Positions 48,068 through 57,287 of a stretch of 64,000 bases of DNA are shown in pieces (the stretch's first letter is position 1; the number at the start of each line of letters is the position of its first letter). The DNA lies in the sequence record PV611058.1, one strand, 5' to 3'. The notes under the pieces were generated by a model. The model was not told where the DNA came from. It saw only the letters and a list, made by a program, of their open reading frames with translations, and ran no database searches. The translations under genes were made by a program, and so were the position numbers.

Positions 48068-48154
48068 TTTTATTTCTCTCTCTTTGTTAGGAGGGGAACC
48101 ATTCCCCTCGCTTGATGTAAACTATTATACAGTACTAAGATACTTTGTCAATAC

Positions 48155-48337
48155 TTATTTTTTGGAAAGTTTACGCATTAATTCTACGCTTTCTTGTGAA
48201 CGTTTTGCTACCTGGCAAGCTGTATGGGCAGTAAACATTTTTGTATAGTCTGACGCTTTGCCACCGAACCGAGCGGCACGTTCACGGGCACTTGGAACTA
48301 ATACTATTTCTTTATTACAGATAGTGCACTTAGCCAT
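48155..48337 (-). CDS. small putative zinc-binding protein
   Basis: CTIC...HTAC ligand pattern; own cassette. Confidence 0.7.
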   Translation of the reverse strand: MAKCTICNKEIVLVPSARERAARFGGKASDYTKMFTAHTACQVAKRSQESVELMRKLSKK

Positions 48338-48423
48338 TTTTATTTCTCTCTCTTTGTTAGGAGGGGAACCATTCCCCCTCTCGATGTAAACTATTATACA
48401 GTACTAAGATACTTTGTCAATAC

Positions 48424-48699
48424 TTAAGTATTGTAAATGTCGTGAATAGTGATAAAGTTTTTACGACCGTAAACATGTAAATCAGTATCAATGTAGTGCT
48501 TATCAAGTACATCCTCGACGCTTAAAGACGTGTCGTGAATATCTTCATAAAATTGTGGATCAACAATCGTGCTTAAGTCATCTGGCGTTAACTTATCGTT
48601 AAGGCATTGAACCGCCTGGATATCTGCTTCACGTTTCCATTGTTCCAGATTAGTAGTCAGTACTTGCTCGATTTCGTTAGCTGTAAGTAAAGTCCGCAT
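48424..48699 (-). CDS. small acidic hypothetical protein
   Basis: own promoter, AAGGA RBS. Confidence 0.7.
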   Translation of the reverse strand: MRTLLTANEIEQVLTTNLEQWKREADIQAVQCLNDKLTPDDLSTIVDPQFYEDIHDTSLSVEDVLDKHYIDTDLHVYGRKNFITIHDIYNT

Positions 48700-48768
48700 T
48701 TTAATGTTTCCTTATCAGTGGTTGATGTAAGTATTATACTCGTTTACTTTCTATTGTCAAACTATTTT

Positions 48769-48843
48769 ATCAGGGGAGTTTTTCGTATGTCTTACTCCTG
48801 GACTACTTAACGGGGTTACTTATTTCGTTCCCCGTCCTGATGT
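48769..48843 (-). ncRNA. family-2 structured RNA element
   Basis: own TTGCAT-N16-TATAAT promoter; ATCAGG/CCTGAT closing stem, two internal hairpins, loop AAGACATACGAAAA; no ORF. Confidence 0.55.
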
Positions 48844-48920
48844 AAAACATTATACTTGATTCTAAGTACAATGCAAGTACTTTTTTAAAAATAGTTTTCA
48901 GTACTAGCCACCAGCAAACA

Positions 48921-49005
48921 ATAGATACATTTATGCACCCTGTGGGCTGATTTGTTTCTATGCGTATATAATAGCAAAGGGACTGACCGGAGTCAATCCC
49001 TTTTT
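48921..49005 (-). ncRNA. family-1 RNA element
   Basis: TTGACT-N17-TATTAT; CA-GCCC-ACA-GGGT-GC-ATAAATGTATCTA. Confidence 0.55.
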
Positions 49006-49014
49006 CAAATATTT

Positions 49015-49164
49015 TTAAACTTCTTTCGGGTTGCGATATGTGATAGCGTTAGGGTACATTTGTTTAATGTTATTCCATGCCTGGTTAACATTATAACCAC
49101 TTGATCGAATCAGTTGGTTATTACCGACACCTTGAAACACTACTTCAAATAAGAATTCTTTCAT
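49015..49164 (-). CDS. small hypothetical protein (49 aa, below ORF-track cutoff)
   Basis: MKEFLFEVVFQGVGNNQLIRSSGY...; GAGG RBS; overlaps upstream stop. Confidence 0.55.
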   Translation of the reverse strand: MKEFLFEVVFQGVGNNQLIRSSGYNVNQAWNNIKQMYPNAITYRNPKEV

Positions 49165-49334
49165 GCTTTCACCTCGCTATCTGCTTTGCCTTTACGCCAG
49201 GCCGTTGCTAATTGTTCGCGTTGCCATAAGTCGAGTGATACGTAAAGTTTTGCATTATCACCCTTCGGATATTCGCCAGTAGTACCAATCCGATAAAACA
49301 GATCTTTCAGTACTGTTAATTCTACCTGGACCAT
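49161..49334 (-). CDS. small hypothetical protein
   Basis: start moved to MVQVE. Confidence 0.65.
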   Translation of the reverse strand: MVQVELTVLKDLFYRIGTTGEYPKGDNAKLYVSLDLWQREQLATAWRKGKADSEVKA

Positions 49335-49420
49335 TATACTTTCCTCTTTGTTCGGAGGGGAACTATTCCCCTTCCGATATAAAACATTATACACTTTATT
49401 CAGTACTGTGCAAGTACTTT

Positions 49421-49633
49421 TTAATCTTTCAGCCAATGATCCTGAATGAATTTTTCACCGGAACCTTGCTGCATTGATTGTAACAGACGTTCGCGATGAG
49501 CGGCGGCGAATTGCTCAGTACTATGCGTTACACCTGGTTGATATCTGGATTCACCATTGGGGGCGATGTATTGTACATCCCACGGTTTTTCGTTAGTATC
49601 AGACCATTTACGAACGATTAGTTGACCTTGCAT
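49421..49633 (-). CDS. small hypothetical protein
   Basis: own cassette, GAGGA RBS. Confidence 0.7.
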   Translation of the reverse strand: MQGQLIVRKWSDTNEKPWDVQYIAPNGESRYQPGVTHSTEQFAAAHRERLLQSMQQGSGEKFIQDHWLKD

Positions 49634-49716
49634 TTTTCTTTCCTCTTAGTGGGGAGAATCATTTCTCCCCTTCATGTAAACTATTATACAGTACTGGATT
49701 GCATTGTCAATAGTTT

Positions 49717-50040
49717 TTATTCACCTTGTTTGAATTTAGTTTTCTGCATTGATTCCATGATTGCAACCAATACGCCGTGGATCTCGCTTAACGCGGAATC
49801 ACTAAAAGCATTAATGAATAGTCGATCATTCTCGCGAATATTTTTAATGTACTTTTCAGCAGTAGTTGCGAATTCATTCAACGGTAGATCAAATGCTTTA
49901 TCCCATGATGGATGGCGTAATTGTAACAGTACTGGATTATCACGATCACCAGGGGAAAACGTACCAGTGATGAAACATACGCCCGGAATACTTTCGAACT
50001 GGCAACGGACTTCCTTTGTGATAGTAGTATGAATGTACAT
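49717..50040 (-). CDS. hypothetical protein
   Basis: GAGGA RBS. Confidence 0.7.
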   Translation of the reverse strand: MYIHTTITKEVRCQFESIPGVCFITGTFSPGDRDNPVLLQLRHPSWDKAFDLPLNEFATTAEKYIKNIRENDRLFINAFSDSALSEIHGVLVAIMESMQKTKFKQGE

Positions 50041-50067
50041 TTATTGTTATCCTCTATTAAATTAATA

Positions 50068-50256
50068 TTACAGTTTATGAATTAATTCTTTATCTAAGCG
50101 ATAGCGTACATTATTAATGGTAACAGCATTATTTTTAATGCTACGCTGTACGGGTCCACCAGCAATAACAAACGTTGCTTTATTGCCCCGAACAATGATA
50201 GCACTTCCAGGATTACCGAAATCATCTTGTACTAAAATACTTGATAAGTTTTCCAT
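50068..50256 (-). CDS. small hypothetical protein
   Basis: own cassette, GAGGA RBS. Confidence 0.7.
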   Translation of the reverse strand: MENLSSILVQDDFGNPGSAIIVRGNKATFVIAGGPVQRSIKNNAVTINNVRYRLDKELIHKL

Positions 50257-50334
50257 TTTTATTTCCTCTTAGTAGGGGAAGATGTTTCCCCTTGATGCAA
50301 GTACTATAACAGTACTGAAAACTAAATGCAAGTA

Positions 50335-50691
50335 CTATGATAAAATCATGATAGGATATTCACTATCTATCAATACCTCGAATCCGAAACCTTCGTACCA
50401 TTCTTTAAGATTAAAGGCGTTATCTTCTCCCGTATCGCATTCTAAGATGATACAATCTGAATCATCGGCGGCATCAATAAAGGCATTCATTAATTCGTTA
50501 CCTTCACCATTGCCCCGACTATCAGGATCAACATAAAGAGAATCAATAAACGCTACACGGTCATAATCAAGATCCGGTGCAATGATTCCACGTTTAACAA
50601 ACCAGTACTGCAATTGTGCTACTTTGCCCTGTACCTGATAGCCAGTGATCTCGCCATTGTCAGTAGTACGCGTGATATGTTGTATTCCCAT
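50335..50691 (-). CDS. GNAT-family acetyltransferase
   Basis: FIDSLYVDPDSRGNGEG (acetyl-CoA binding R-x-x-G-x-G motif) and LKEWYEGFGF. Confidence 0.8.
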   Translation of the reverse strand: MGIQHITRTTDNGEITGYQVQGKVAQLQYWFVKRGIIAPDLDYDRVAFIDSLYVDPDSRGNGEGNELMNAFIDAADDSDCIILECDTGEDNAFNLKEWYEGFGFEVLIDSEYPIMILS

Positions 50692-50754
50692 GATTACTAT
50701 CCTCAGTTAAGATATAAAACATTATACACTATCTTTCAGTACTGTCAATACTTT

Positions 50755-51012
50755 TTATCTCATAGATCTATGCCAACAATTACGCGGATCTCTTTTAAAA
50801 GTACTATCATGATCCTCCTGGCAAGTAATACAATACATGCACCCTATAACGGCCTGGCGTCGATTCTCAGGGATTTTATCGCCGCAGTCGCGGCAATGTA
50901 CAAGTGATTCTCTTTGTGCGTTAATTTGCTTTCTAGCGTGGTTAACGGCGGCCTGAATCACTGCATGAATCTCGTCTTGTTCGGCCCCGTCTTTCGCGTA
51001 TCCTACTGCCAT
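50755..51012 (-). CDS. TraR/DksA-family C4 zinc-finger protein
   Basis: CRDCGDKIPENRRQAVIGCMYCITCQE zinc finger; acidic N-terminal DGAEQDE coiled-coil tip region. Confidence 0.85.
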   Translation of the reverse strand: MAVGYAKDGAEQDEIHAVIQAAVNHARKQINAQRESLVHCRDCGDKIPENRRQAVIGCMYCITCQEDHDSTFKRDPRNCWHRSMR

Positions 51013-51267
51013 TATTTTAACCTCATTATAAAAATACTATAGTACTGTAATGCTACAATAATACTACTAGTGTTTATCTTATTCAAACCATATGATACTA
51101 CATATCCACCAGCATTACCACGGATAGTAACGCCTTTGTACTGTCTATATAAATTCAACTGCGTATATTGCCTTTGATCAAGAATTGATCAGAATTATAC
51201 GCCTTATGCTAAATTGATCCAGTACTTTTTTGATCATTTATTGATCGATATTATATAGTTACATTTG

Positions 51268-51338
51268 TGCACCCTATGGGTTAGTGACGTTCTCGTCTTG
51301 ATGTAAGTATTATGCCAGTACTGGAGGATATTGTCAAT
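51268..51338 (-). ncRNA. family-1 two-hairpin RNA element
   Basis: TTGACA-N17-CATAAT; GAC-GAGAAC-GTC-ACTA-ACCC-ATA-GGGT-GC. Confidence 0.6.
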
Positions 51339-51341
51339 AGA

Positions 51342-51545
51342 TTATTTTAATTTTTTTCTGTCATTGATTAATGCTTTCAGTACTATACTAATAACTTGCA
51401 ATGATTCATCAATGACAATGAAATTATTCTCTTTCATTAGATGATAGTTACCATTGATTGTATATTCTAACGAGTACTGTTTACGTTTAATTTTTGATAA
51501 TGTTTCTATTTGTTTTTGTACTGATTTCATGCTAATCATTGTCAA
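51342..51545 (-). CDS. small hypothetical protein
   Basis: 67 aa ORF. Confidence 0.55.
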   Translation of the reverse strand: MTMISMKSVQKQIETLSKIKRKQYSLEYTINGNYHLMKENNFIVIDESLQVISIVLKALINDRKKLK

Positions 51546-51610
51546 ACGTCCTGTAACGCATTCTAACGAGATAAACGGTTGAGTACTGGCATTGTATAGG
51601 GTAAATGATT

Positions 51611-51638
51611 AAAGCCCACCAGCGTTAACCAGTGGGCT
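51611..51638 (-). terminator. terminator hairpin (AGCCCAC family)
   Basis: AGCCCAC...GTGGGCT; related to 56525 and 57262. Confidence 0.6.
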
Positions 51639-51644
51639 ATAATA

Positions 51645-51788
51645 TTACATCTTGCGGATAATCTTAACAGTATCTTTCACCGATTTACCGTTTTGCTGAC
51701 ATTGCTCGATCATCGCGTATTGTTCTGCGGTCAGATCCTCGCCAGTTTTTGCCAGTACTGCGTCGATGAATGAATCCAGTGCGATCAT
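51645..51788 (-). CDS. small hypothetical protein (47 aa)
   Basis: MIALDSFIDAVLAKTGEDLTAEQY...; own promoter; terminator follows. Confidence 0.6.
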   Translation of the reverse strand: MIALDSFIDAVLAKTGEDLTAEQYAMIEQCQQNGKSVKDTVKIIRKM

Positions 51789-51878
51789 TTTGTTTCTCTC
51801 TTAGGTTAAGTTAACTACTGTTTATAAAACTTATTATACAGTACTATCAAACTATGTCAATAGTACTGGTAATATATT

Positions 51879-52058
51879 TTAGCGGTAGTCGTCGTATGCT
51901 TTATTCACCTGGCGAATATAACTTTCAAAGGCTTCGTCTACCGTTTCATACTCCCGAACATAATCACCATATGAAACTACATACATACCTTTTTGATCTT
52001 CAAACGTCATGATGATAGAATCCAGACCAACGATTTCAGTTTTTGCGATGATAGCCAT
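51879..52058 (-). CDS. small hypothetical protein (59 aa)
   Basis: MAIIAKTEIVGLD...; own promoter, AAGGA RBS. Confidence 0.6.
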   Translation of the reverse strand: MAIIAKTEIVGLDSIIMTFEDQKGMYVVSYGDYVREYETVDEAFESYIRQVNKAYDDYR

Positions 52059-52141
52059 TTTTTAATTCCTTAGTAGTGTAGTTGATAAAAGTTATTATGT
52101 CAGTACTATCAAACTATGTCAATAGTACTGTGATAATATTT

Positions 52142-52354
52142 TTAGTTAATGATAGTCAGTGTAAAATTGTAATCACCGCAGCGATATAGCACGTTATTCC
52201 CAAATGTCCCAACTAATCGCACATCACACAAAACGCCGGTTTTTTCTTTTACTTCCTTGATACTTGTAACTCCTGTAATATCTTTATTAAAGTATTCATG
52301 ATCTGAAAATAAAACTTGTTTTGCATTTTTTAATTTCGACCGGATATTAGCCAT
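52142..52354 (-). CDS. small hypothetical protein
   Basis: own cassette. Confidence 0.7.
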   Translation of the reverse strand: MANIRSKLKNAKQVLFSDHEYFNKDITGVTSIKEVKEKTGVLCDVRLVGTFGNNVLYRCGDYNFTLTIIN

Positions 52355-52450
52355 TTTGTTTTCTCTCTCTGTTAGTGGGGAGAAGTTTTTCTCCCCTTGA
52401 TGTAAACTATTATACAGTACTATAATCTATTGTCAAACTATTTTTTTATA

Positions 52451-52792
52451 TTATTCGAAATCTTCTGGACCGGACTGATAATCATCTTCACCGTATGCAC
52501 TTTCTAACCGCTCGCCAGTGTGATCATCAGTTAGTGAGTCATCCTCATAGTTCACGTCTACGCCAGTGATGTAAAACTGGCTATCGTCTGGATCATTGAA
52601 ATTAATTTTTTGGATGTTTACAATAACTGTATTGATACCCAGGACACCGCCATCAGCCGTTACAAAGTACTGATATTTTTCACAACCGCCTGAATTGAAA
52701 CCGTAATTAATTTCGGCCCGACCATCATTTAAACGCAGTGCCTGGGCGATGATTTCATTTTCAAAGTTAGATTGAGCAATTGAGATAGTCAT
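52451..52792 (-). CDS. hypothetical protein (VNYEDDSL...ESAYGE motif)
   Basis: own cassette, AAGGA RBS. Confidence 0.75.
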   Translation of the reverse strand: MTISIAQSNFENEIIAQALRLNDGRAEINYGFNSGGCEKYQYFVTADGGVLGINTVIVNIQKINFNDPDDSQFYITGVDVNYEDDSLTDDHTGERLESAYGEDDYQSGPEDFE

Positions 52793-52874
52793 GATTTGTT
52801 TCCTTATTACCAGGGGAAACCGTTTCCCCTTTCGATGTAAAACATTATACGCTTATCAGGAAGTAATGCAAGTA

Positions 52875-53342
52875 CTATTTCACGTTAATTTCAAAGTACT
52901 GCTCTTTGATGTTTTCCTGTTGGTAAATCTCGTTTAATGCTTTAAGATCTAAAACCTGTTTACCTGCTGCCTGAATATACTTTTTAAGAGTCGCTAACAG
53001 CTTCTCAGGCGTGTTTGTAGTCTTACGTGTTGGGATCTTATCGTGCCCCATAGCGTAGTACTGCTTACGTGCTATAGTACTGATAACACTGCGGTACGGT
53101 TCCATGATCAGCTTGTCTGTGTATTCGTCGCTATCCCCAAACTTCATACCGTGGATCGCAAAGGTCATCATCATGCGGTCGTTATCGCGGATATTGTGGG
53201 GGCAGTCGGCAAGCTCGCGAGTCAGTGACATAGTGATCCCCACGTCGCCACCCAGCGGTAAAGGTCGGGCGATAAAGAAACCGTTAGGGAATACTTTCAG
53301 GAAGTTTTCTTGAACTGCTGCGACGAATTCGATGCTATTCAT
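52875..53342 (-). CDS. hypothetical protein
   Basis: own cassette, AAGGA RBS. Confidence 0.75.
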   Translation of the reverse strand: MNSIEFVAAVQENFLKVFPNGFFIARPLPLGGDVGITMSLTRELADCPHNIRDNDRMMMTFAIHGMKFGDSDEYTDKLIMEPYRSVISTIARKQYYAMGHDKIPTRKTTNTPEKLLATLKKYIQAAGKQVLDLKALNEIYQQENIKEQYFEINVK

Positions 53343-53464
53343 AATTCATTTCCTTAATTAGTGGGGGAAGTTGTTTCCCCTCTCGATGTAAAACATTATA
53401 CGCTTATTGAGATAGTTTGCAAGTACTTTTTAAAAATAGTTTTCAGTACTCAATACTTATATAA

Positions 53465-53553
53465 TAGATACACTTATGCACCCTGTGGGCTAGTGAGCTA
53501 TCTCTCAATGAATATATAATAGCAAAATGGCTGACCGGAGTCAACCACTTTTT
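53465..53553 (-). ncRNA. family-1 two-hairpin RNA element
   Basis: TTGACT-N17-TATTAT; GAG-AGATAG-CTC-ACTA-GCCC-ACA-GGGT-GC-ATAAGTGTATCTA. Confidence 0.6.
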
Positions 53554-53697
53554 TCATTTATTTTTAGCTTTTAGAATCGCCGCCTTTCGCGTCATGCCTT
53601 GCTTGATGTATTCCTGTACTTTCGCTTTACGTGCATTCGCTTTATTTGCTTTCGTAAACGCCGAACAACTTTTATAGTTTAAACCTGTTGGATTCAT

Positions 53698-53787
53698 TTA
53701 AATCACCATAAAGAATAGATAGGTTACTAACAACGCCGCGATCAATGCACCGACCAGGGCCGAACTATAGTAAGCTAATGTTTTCAT
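53698..53787 (-). CDS. small hydrophobic peptide (29 aa)
   Basis: MKTLAYYSSALVGALIAALLVTYLFFMVI; single predicted TM helix; overlaps upstream stop. Confidence 0.45.
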   Translation of the reverse strand: MKTLAYYSSALVGALIAALLVTYLFFMVI

Positions 53788-53936
53788 TTTTTAGCCTGAA
53801 AATAATGTTTAATTTGTGCGGCGGTCAGTGCACAATTACGCAGGAAGTTTTCTGTATAACTTTTGCGAGTACTGAAAGAGAATTGACCTTTGCCGTTGCC
53901 GATAGTAACATCAAACCGAGCGTTGTATTGTTTCAT
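53784..53936 (-). CDS. small hypothetical protein
   Basis: start moved to MKQYN (AGGAG RBS). Confidence 0.65.
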   Translation of the reverse strand: MKQYNARFDVTIGNGKGQFSFSTRKSYTENFLRNCALTAAQIKHYFQAKK

Positions 53937-54017
53937 TTTGTTTCTCCTGTTATTGGGGAGAATCATTTCTCCCCTTCATGTAAACTATTATACAGTACTA
54001 AAAACTAATTGCAAGTA

Positions 54018-54164
54018 CTATTTTTTAGATTTACGCAAACTTTCTACCATCTCAGGAGTAAGGCCCGGCGGGTAGGAAACTACTTCATCAACGAAACGTA
54101 AAGGGAATACCCCATCTAAGGTTGAACGTGCTTTCTTGTTAGTACTCTTTTTTGATGCTTTCAT
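54018..54164 (-). CDS. small basic hypothetical protein
   Basis: start moved to MKASK (AAGGA RBS). Confidence 0.65.
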   Translation of the reverse strand: MKASKKSTNKKARSTLDGVFPLRFVDEVVSYPPGLTPEMVESLRKSKK

Positions 54165-54234
54165 TTCATATTCCTTAAAAGTGAGGCGGGAACTATTCCC
54201 GCTCTCGATGTAAAACATTATACGCGTTTAAAAA

Positions 54235-54444
54235 CTAATTGCAAGTACTATTTGAAAGTAAATGCTCATACGCTGCATTAACTACGTTTTCAATAACCGA
54301 CTGTACAGAAAGATCCCCCACGTCCTGGCTATAGTAGAAATCGCTTACAGTAGTGTCATCGTATGCAAATACTTTACCAGGTACTGCATCAATCACATAC
54401 ATATTAACCTTTAAGATGTCGATCTTATCCTGTACAGTAAGCAT
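54235..54444 (-). CDS. small hypothetical protein
   Basis: 69 aa ORF. Confidence 0.65.
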   Translation of the reverse strand: MLTVQDKIDILKVNMYVIDAVPGKVFAYDDTTVSDFYYSQDVGDLSVQSVIENVVNAAYEHLLSNSTCN

Positions 54445-54449
54445 ATTAA

Positions 54450-54722
54450 TTAACCTTTTAAGTACTGGCTTAAGTAGTCTTGTTGATCTTCGGTGATTGC
54501 AGCCATCTTCCCTAGTACTGGATTGATGATATAATCCCCTGTAACGTCCTGTAACGCATTCTCAGGCGGTTTAACGGCTGGGGTAGCCATAGCCATTGCC
54601 TGGACTTGTTCGACGCTATAACGCTCATATAGGCGGCATTCTTCCGGTGTTAACATAGCATCAATGCGTTTCATTGGTTTAATGATGCTTTCGATCTCAT
54701 TCAGTACTTGATTAACGTTCAT
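54450..54722 (-). CDS. small hypothetical protein
   Basis: GGGG RBS. Confidence 0.65.
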   Translation of the reverse strand: MNVNQVLNEIESIIKPMKRIDAMLTPEECRLYERYSVEQVQAMAMATPAVKPPENALQDVTGDYIINPVLGKMAAITEDQQDYLSQYLKG

Positions 54723-54773
54723 GGTATAATCCCCAATATAAGCGGCCTAAATCGACCGCTAACGATGTTTTGA

Positions 54774-55043
54774 TTAATAGGTGTATGGTTGACGTTCAAA
54801 CAATGATTGCACGTTGTACGCCCCGCTTATGGGCTTTGCTGGTAAATCAATTTTATATTGCTCACGCTTAAAGATAATAAAACGGCAATTGTTTTTAACA
54901 TCAAAATTGATTGAACGTTCCAGTAGTTTACCATCGTGCACAAATACAAGATAACCGCTTGGTACTTGTTTTGTAGTACTGGTTGCAACCATAGACCGCC
55001 GAACATGTGTACCTGCGTCGATTAAAGTACTGATATTTTTCAT
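54774..55043 (-). CDS. small hypothetical protein
   Basis: GAGGA RBS. Confidence 0.65.
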   Translation of the reverse strand: MKNISTLIDAGTHVRRSMVATSTTKQVPSGYLVFVHDGKLLERSINFDVKNNCRFIIFKREQYKIDLPAKPISGAYNVQSLFERQPYTY

Positions 55044-55123
55044 TATACGATCCTCTTAAGTTAATTTAATTTCTTTCCCCTATGCAGACACTATATCAAA
55101 GTATCTGCATAAAGTAAAGCTAA

Positions 55124-55447
55124 TTAAAGATCTTTTTTGCGTTTAACATTATGTACAGTACAATGCAACGGGATATTAAGATCATTGCACAAACGAGTAA
55201 GGGAGGTTTCATCAGTATTAAGCCCGTCTACTGATTCCTTTAATAGATCTAACGCCGTTTGTTGATATGCATCTTCATAGCCATAAGTAAATGATTCAAC
55301 CGCCAGATCATTCAAACCGTTATCCAGTTCAACGCTTACATGACAAGAATGATAAGTATTGCCATATGAATCAGTCCAACGTTTACCGTCAACATTGATT
55401 GCACGGATTGCAGCCAGGGAAACGGTGTTAATGATAGTTTTAGCCAT
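55124..55447 (-). CDS. hypothetical protein (paralogue of 47744..48067)
   Basis: RWTDSYGNTYHSC...SFTYGY; ends VKRKKDL. Confidence 0.75.
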   Translation of the reverse strand: MAKTIINTVSLAAIRAINVDGKRWTDSYGNTYHSCHVSVELDNGLNDLAVESFTYGYEDAYQQTALDLLKESVDGLNTDETSLTRLCNDLNIPLHCTVHNVKRKKDL

Positions 55448-55536
55448 TTTAGTATTCCTTAAATTAATATGTTGTCTTGATAAAATCTATTATGCCAGTA
55501 CTATCAAACTATGTCAATAGTACTGTGATAATATTT

Positions 55537-55749
55537 TTACTTACTTTCTTTCGCTGCTTTGTGCGTTGCCACTGCCATAACCACATCAGCACGAACAAAG
55601 TTTTTAACCGTGTCGCTGTAATAATTGATTGCTTCATCAATATCTGCGAACATCCGATACATACCGCACCAAGATACTTTATAACCTGCTTTCACTTGTT
55701 CAAGTTTAACCAGGGTTTTACTTACTTTGATTTTAGTGATGATAGCCAT
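55537..55749 (-). CDS. small hypothetical protein
   Basis: own promoter, GAGGA RBS. Confidence 0.7.
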   Translation of the reverse strand: MAIITKIKVSKTLVKLEQVKAGYKVSWCGMYRMFADIDEAINYYSDTVKNFVRADVVMAVATHKAAKESK

Positions 55750-55828
55750 TTTATTTTCCTCAGTTGTCTTGATAAAATCTATTATGCCAGTACTATCAAA
55801 CTATGTCAATAGCACTGTGATAATATTT

Positions 55829-55972
55829 TTACTTACTTTTTGCTTTCTTGATTGCTTCCACCTGGTCGGCCCATTCTTTACCCCATACTTGTAAATTATA
55901 ATGGTACTGGCAAAGAGCAACGCCCCGCTTTAAACCCGTAATAGATTTCTGACCACATTGACAAGTTTTCAT
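55829..55972 (-). CDS. small putative zinc-binding protein (47 aa)
   Basis: MKTCQCG...LCQYH; own cassette, AAGGA RBS. Confidence 0.6.
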   Translation of the reverse strand: MKTCQCGQKSITGLKRGVALCQYHYNLQVWGKEWADQVEAIKKAKSK

Positions 55973-56058
55973 TTTAGTTTCCTTGTAGTGGGGAGAACCA
56001 TTTTCTCCCCTTGATGTAATGTATTATACTTTATTCGATTTACTTTGCAAGTACTTTT

Positions 56059-56286
56059 TTAATTTAATTCATCAAGGCAAAGGATACGCTCAACGCCCAA
56101 ATCAGTTAAACTAATCGACGGCACTTGATAGGTTTCAATGTATGCTACACTTGCCCACTGACCGAACTCATTAACGGCCCAGGTATTCATTGCATTTTGC
56201 AATTCCGCACCTTCCTTGTTGGTAATGACTGCAACTACTTGTTCGTTGCCAGTAGTACCAGATACGCGAGTAATGATAATAGCCAT
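56059..56286 (-). CDS. small hypothetical protein
   Basis: start moved to MAIII (AAGGA RBS). Confidence 0.65.
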   Translation of the reverse strand: MAIIITRVSGTTGNEQVVAVITNKEGAELQNAMNTWAVNEFGQWASVAYIETYQVPSISLTDLGVERILCLDELN

Positions 56287-56523
56287 TGTTTTGATTCCTT
56301 TGATTTGGAAGGAGAACCGTTTCCCCCTCTCGATGTAAAACATTATACGCTAATCTCTTAATCGTGCAAGTACTTTTTATTACTTTTTGCAAAATACTTT
56401 AAACGCTCTCAATCGCGTTCTTACAGCCTTAACGCCACCAGCTAGGGCAATGCATCAGATAATCAGTTTAATGCGTTAGAATCGTTTCTAGGCGGTGCTG
56501 GTGGCCTGGTAAACGATAAACAC

Positions 56524-56552
56524 AAAAAAGCCCACCGTTTAAGGTGGGCTAG
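56524..56552 (-). terminator. intrinsic terminator
   Basis: AGCCCACC-ttaaac-GGTGGGCT plus T6. Confidence 0.75.
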
Positions 56553-56571
56553 TGATTCAGTACTTTAATTG

Positions 56572-57054
56572 TTATGCTTCAACTTTGCGATGTGCTTCGA
56601 TCCATTCCTCGCGAGTCATACCACTGGAGTTAATCGCGTCCAGTACTACCGCAATGCAGTTACCACGCACCGGAATCAGATATTCTTCCCCGTTGTCCAG
56701 TACTACCGCTACGCGTTCCTGAATCCATTTTTTGGCTTTTACTTCTGGCTTGTCTTCCCCATACTTAACCGCCAGGGCTTTTTGTGCCATCTCTGTAACT
56801 ACTTCCAGATCCAATCCAACTACTGCCGCCTGAATACTTTCGATTGTTGCTTGTAGTTCTGCTTCACGGGCCGCCTTTGCCGCTTCAATTTCTGCCGCTT
56901 TATTTGCTTGTAGTTCTTTCGCAGTACTATAAGCGATGTTAAAATTATTGCGTACCGCTTTCATGGTATCGTTATCCAGTTCAGCCAGGATCTCAGCCGC
57001 GACGTTAGTTTCATTTGCTACCAGTGCTTTGATGAATGATTTTACATTAGCCAT
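56572..57054 (-). CDS. H-NS/StpA-like nucleoid-associated protein (divergent)
   Basis: coiled-coil N-half AAEIEAAKAAREAELQATIESIQAAVVGLD, basic linker, C-terminal DNGEEYLIPVRGNCIAVVLDAINSSGMTREEWI aligns by eye with H-NS [33 protein letters not shown]; start moved to MANVK. Confidence 0.5.
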   Translation of the reverse strand: MANVKSFIKALVANETNVAAEILAELDNDTMKAVRNNFNIAYSTAKELQANKAAEIEAAKAAREAELQATIESIQAAVVGLDLEVVTEMAQKALAVKYGEDKPEVKAKKWIQERVAVVLDNGEEYLIPVRGNCIAVVLDAINSSGMTREEWIEAHRKVEA

Positions 57055-57104
57055 TTTATAAATCCTCAATTAAAGTTTAGTTTACGTTTATTAGTGTATC
57101 AAAG

Positions 57105-57175
57105 TTTTCTCGACGTGTCCAGTTTTTCGTTCGACTTACTGGCGGTCTACTTAGTGCTCCCCGTCTTGATGTAAT
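57105..57175 (-). ncRNA. family-2 RNA element (leader of H-NS-like gene)
   Basis: ACATCAAGACGGGGA...TAAGTAG...CCAGT-AAGTCGAACGAAAA-ACTGG; promoter TTGACA-N16-TAGAAT. Confidence 0.5.
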
Positions 57176-57257
57176 ACATTCTACGCTTTTCTGTGGTAAT
57201 GTCAACTACTTTTTTAAAACTATTTTCAAAGTATCTCAGTACTACGATACTACAAAA

Positions 57258-57282
57258 ACAAAAAAGCCCACCAGGTGGGCTA
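57258..57282 (-). terminator. intrinsic terminator
   Basis: AGCCCACC-t-GGTGGGCT core plus T tract. Confidence 0.65.
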
Positions 57283-57287
57283 TGTAC

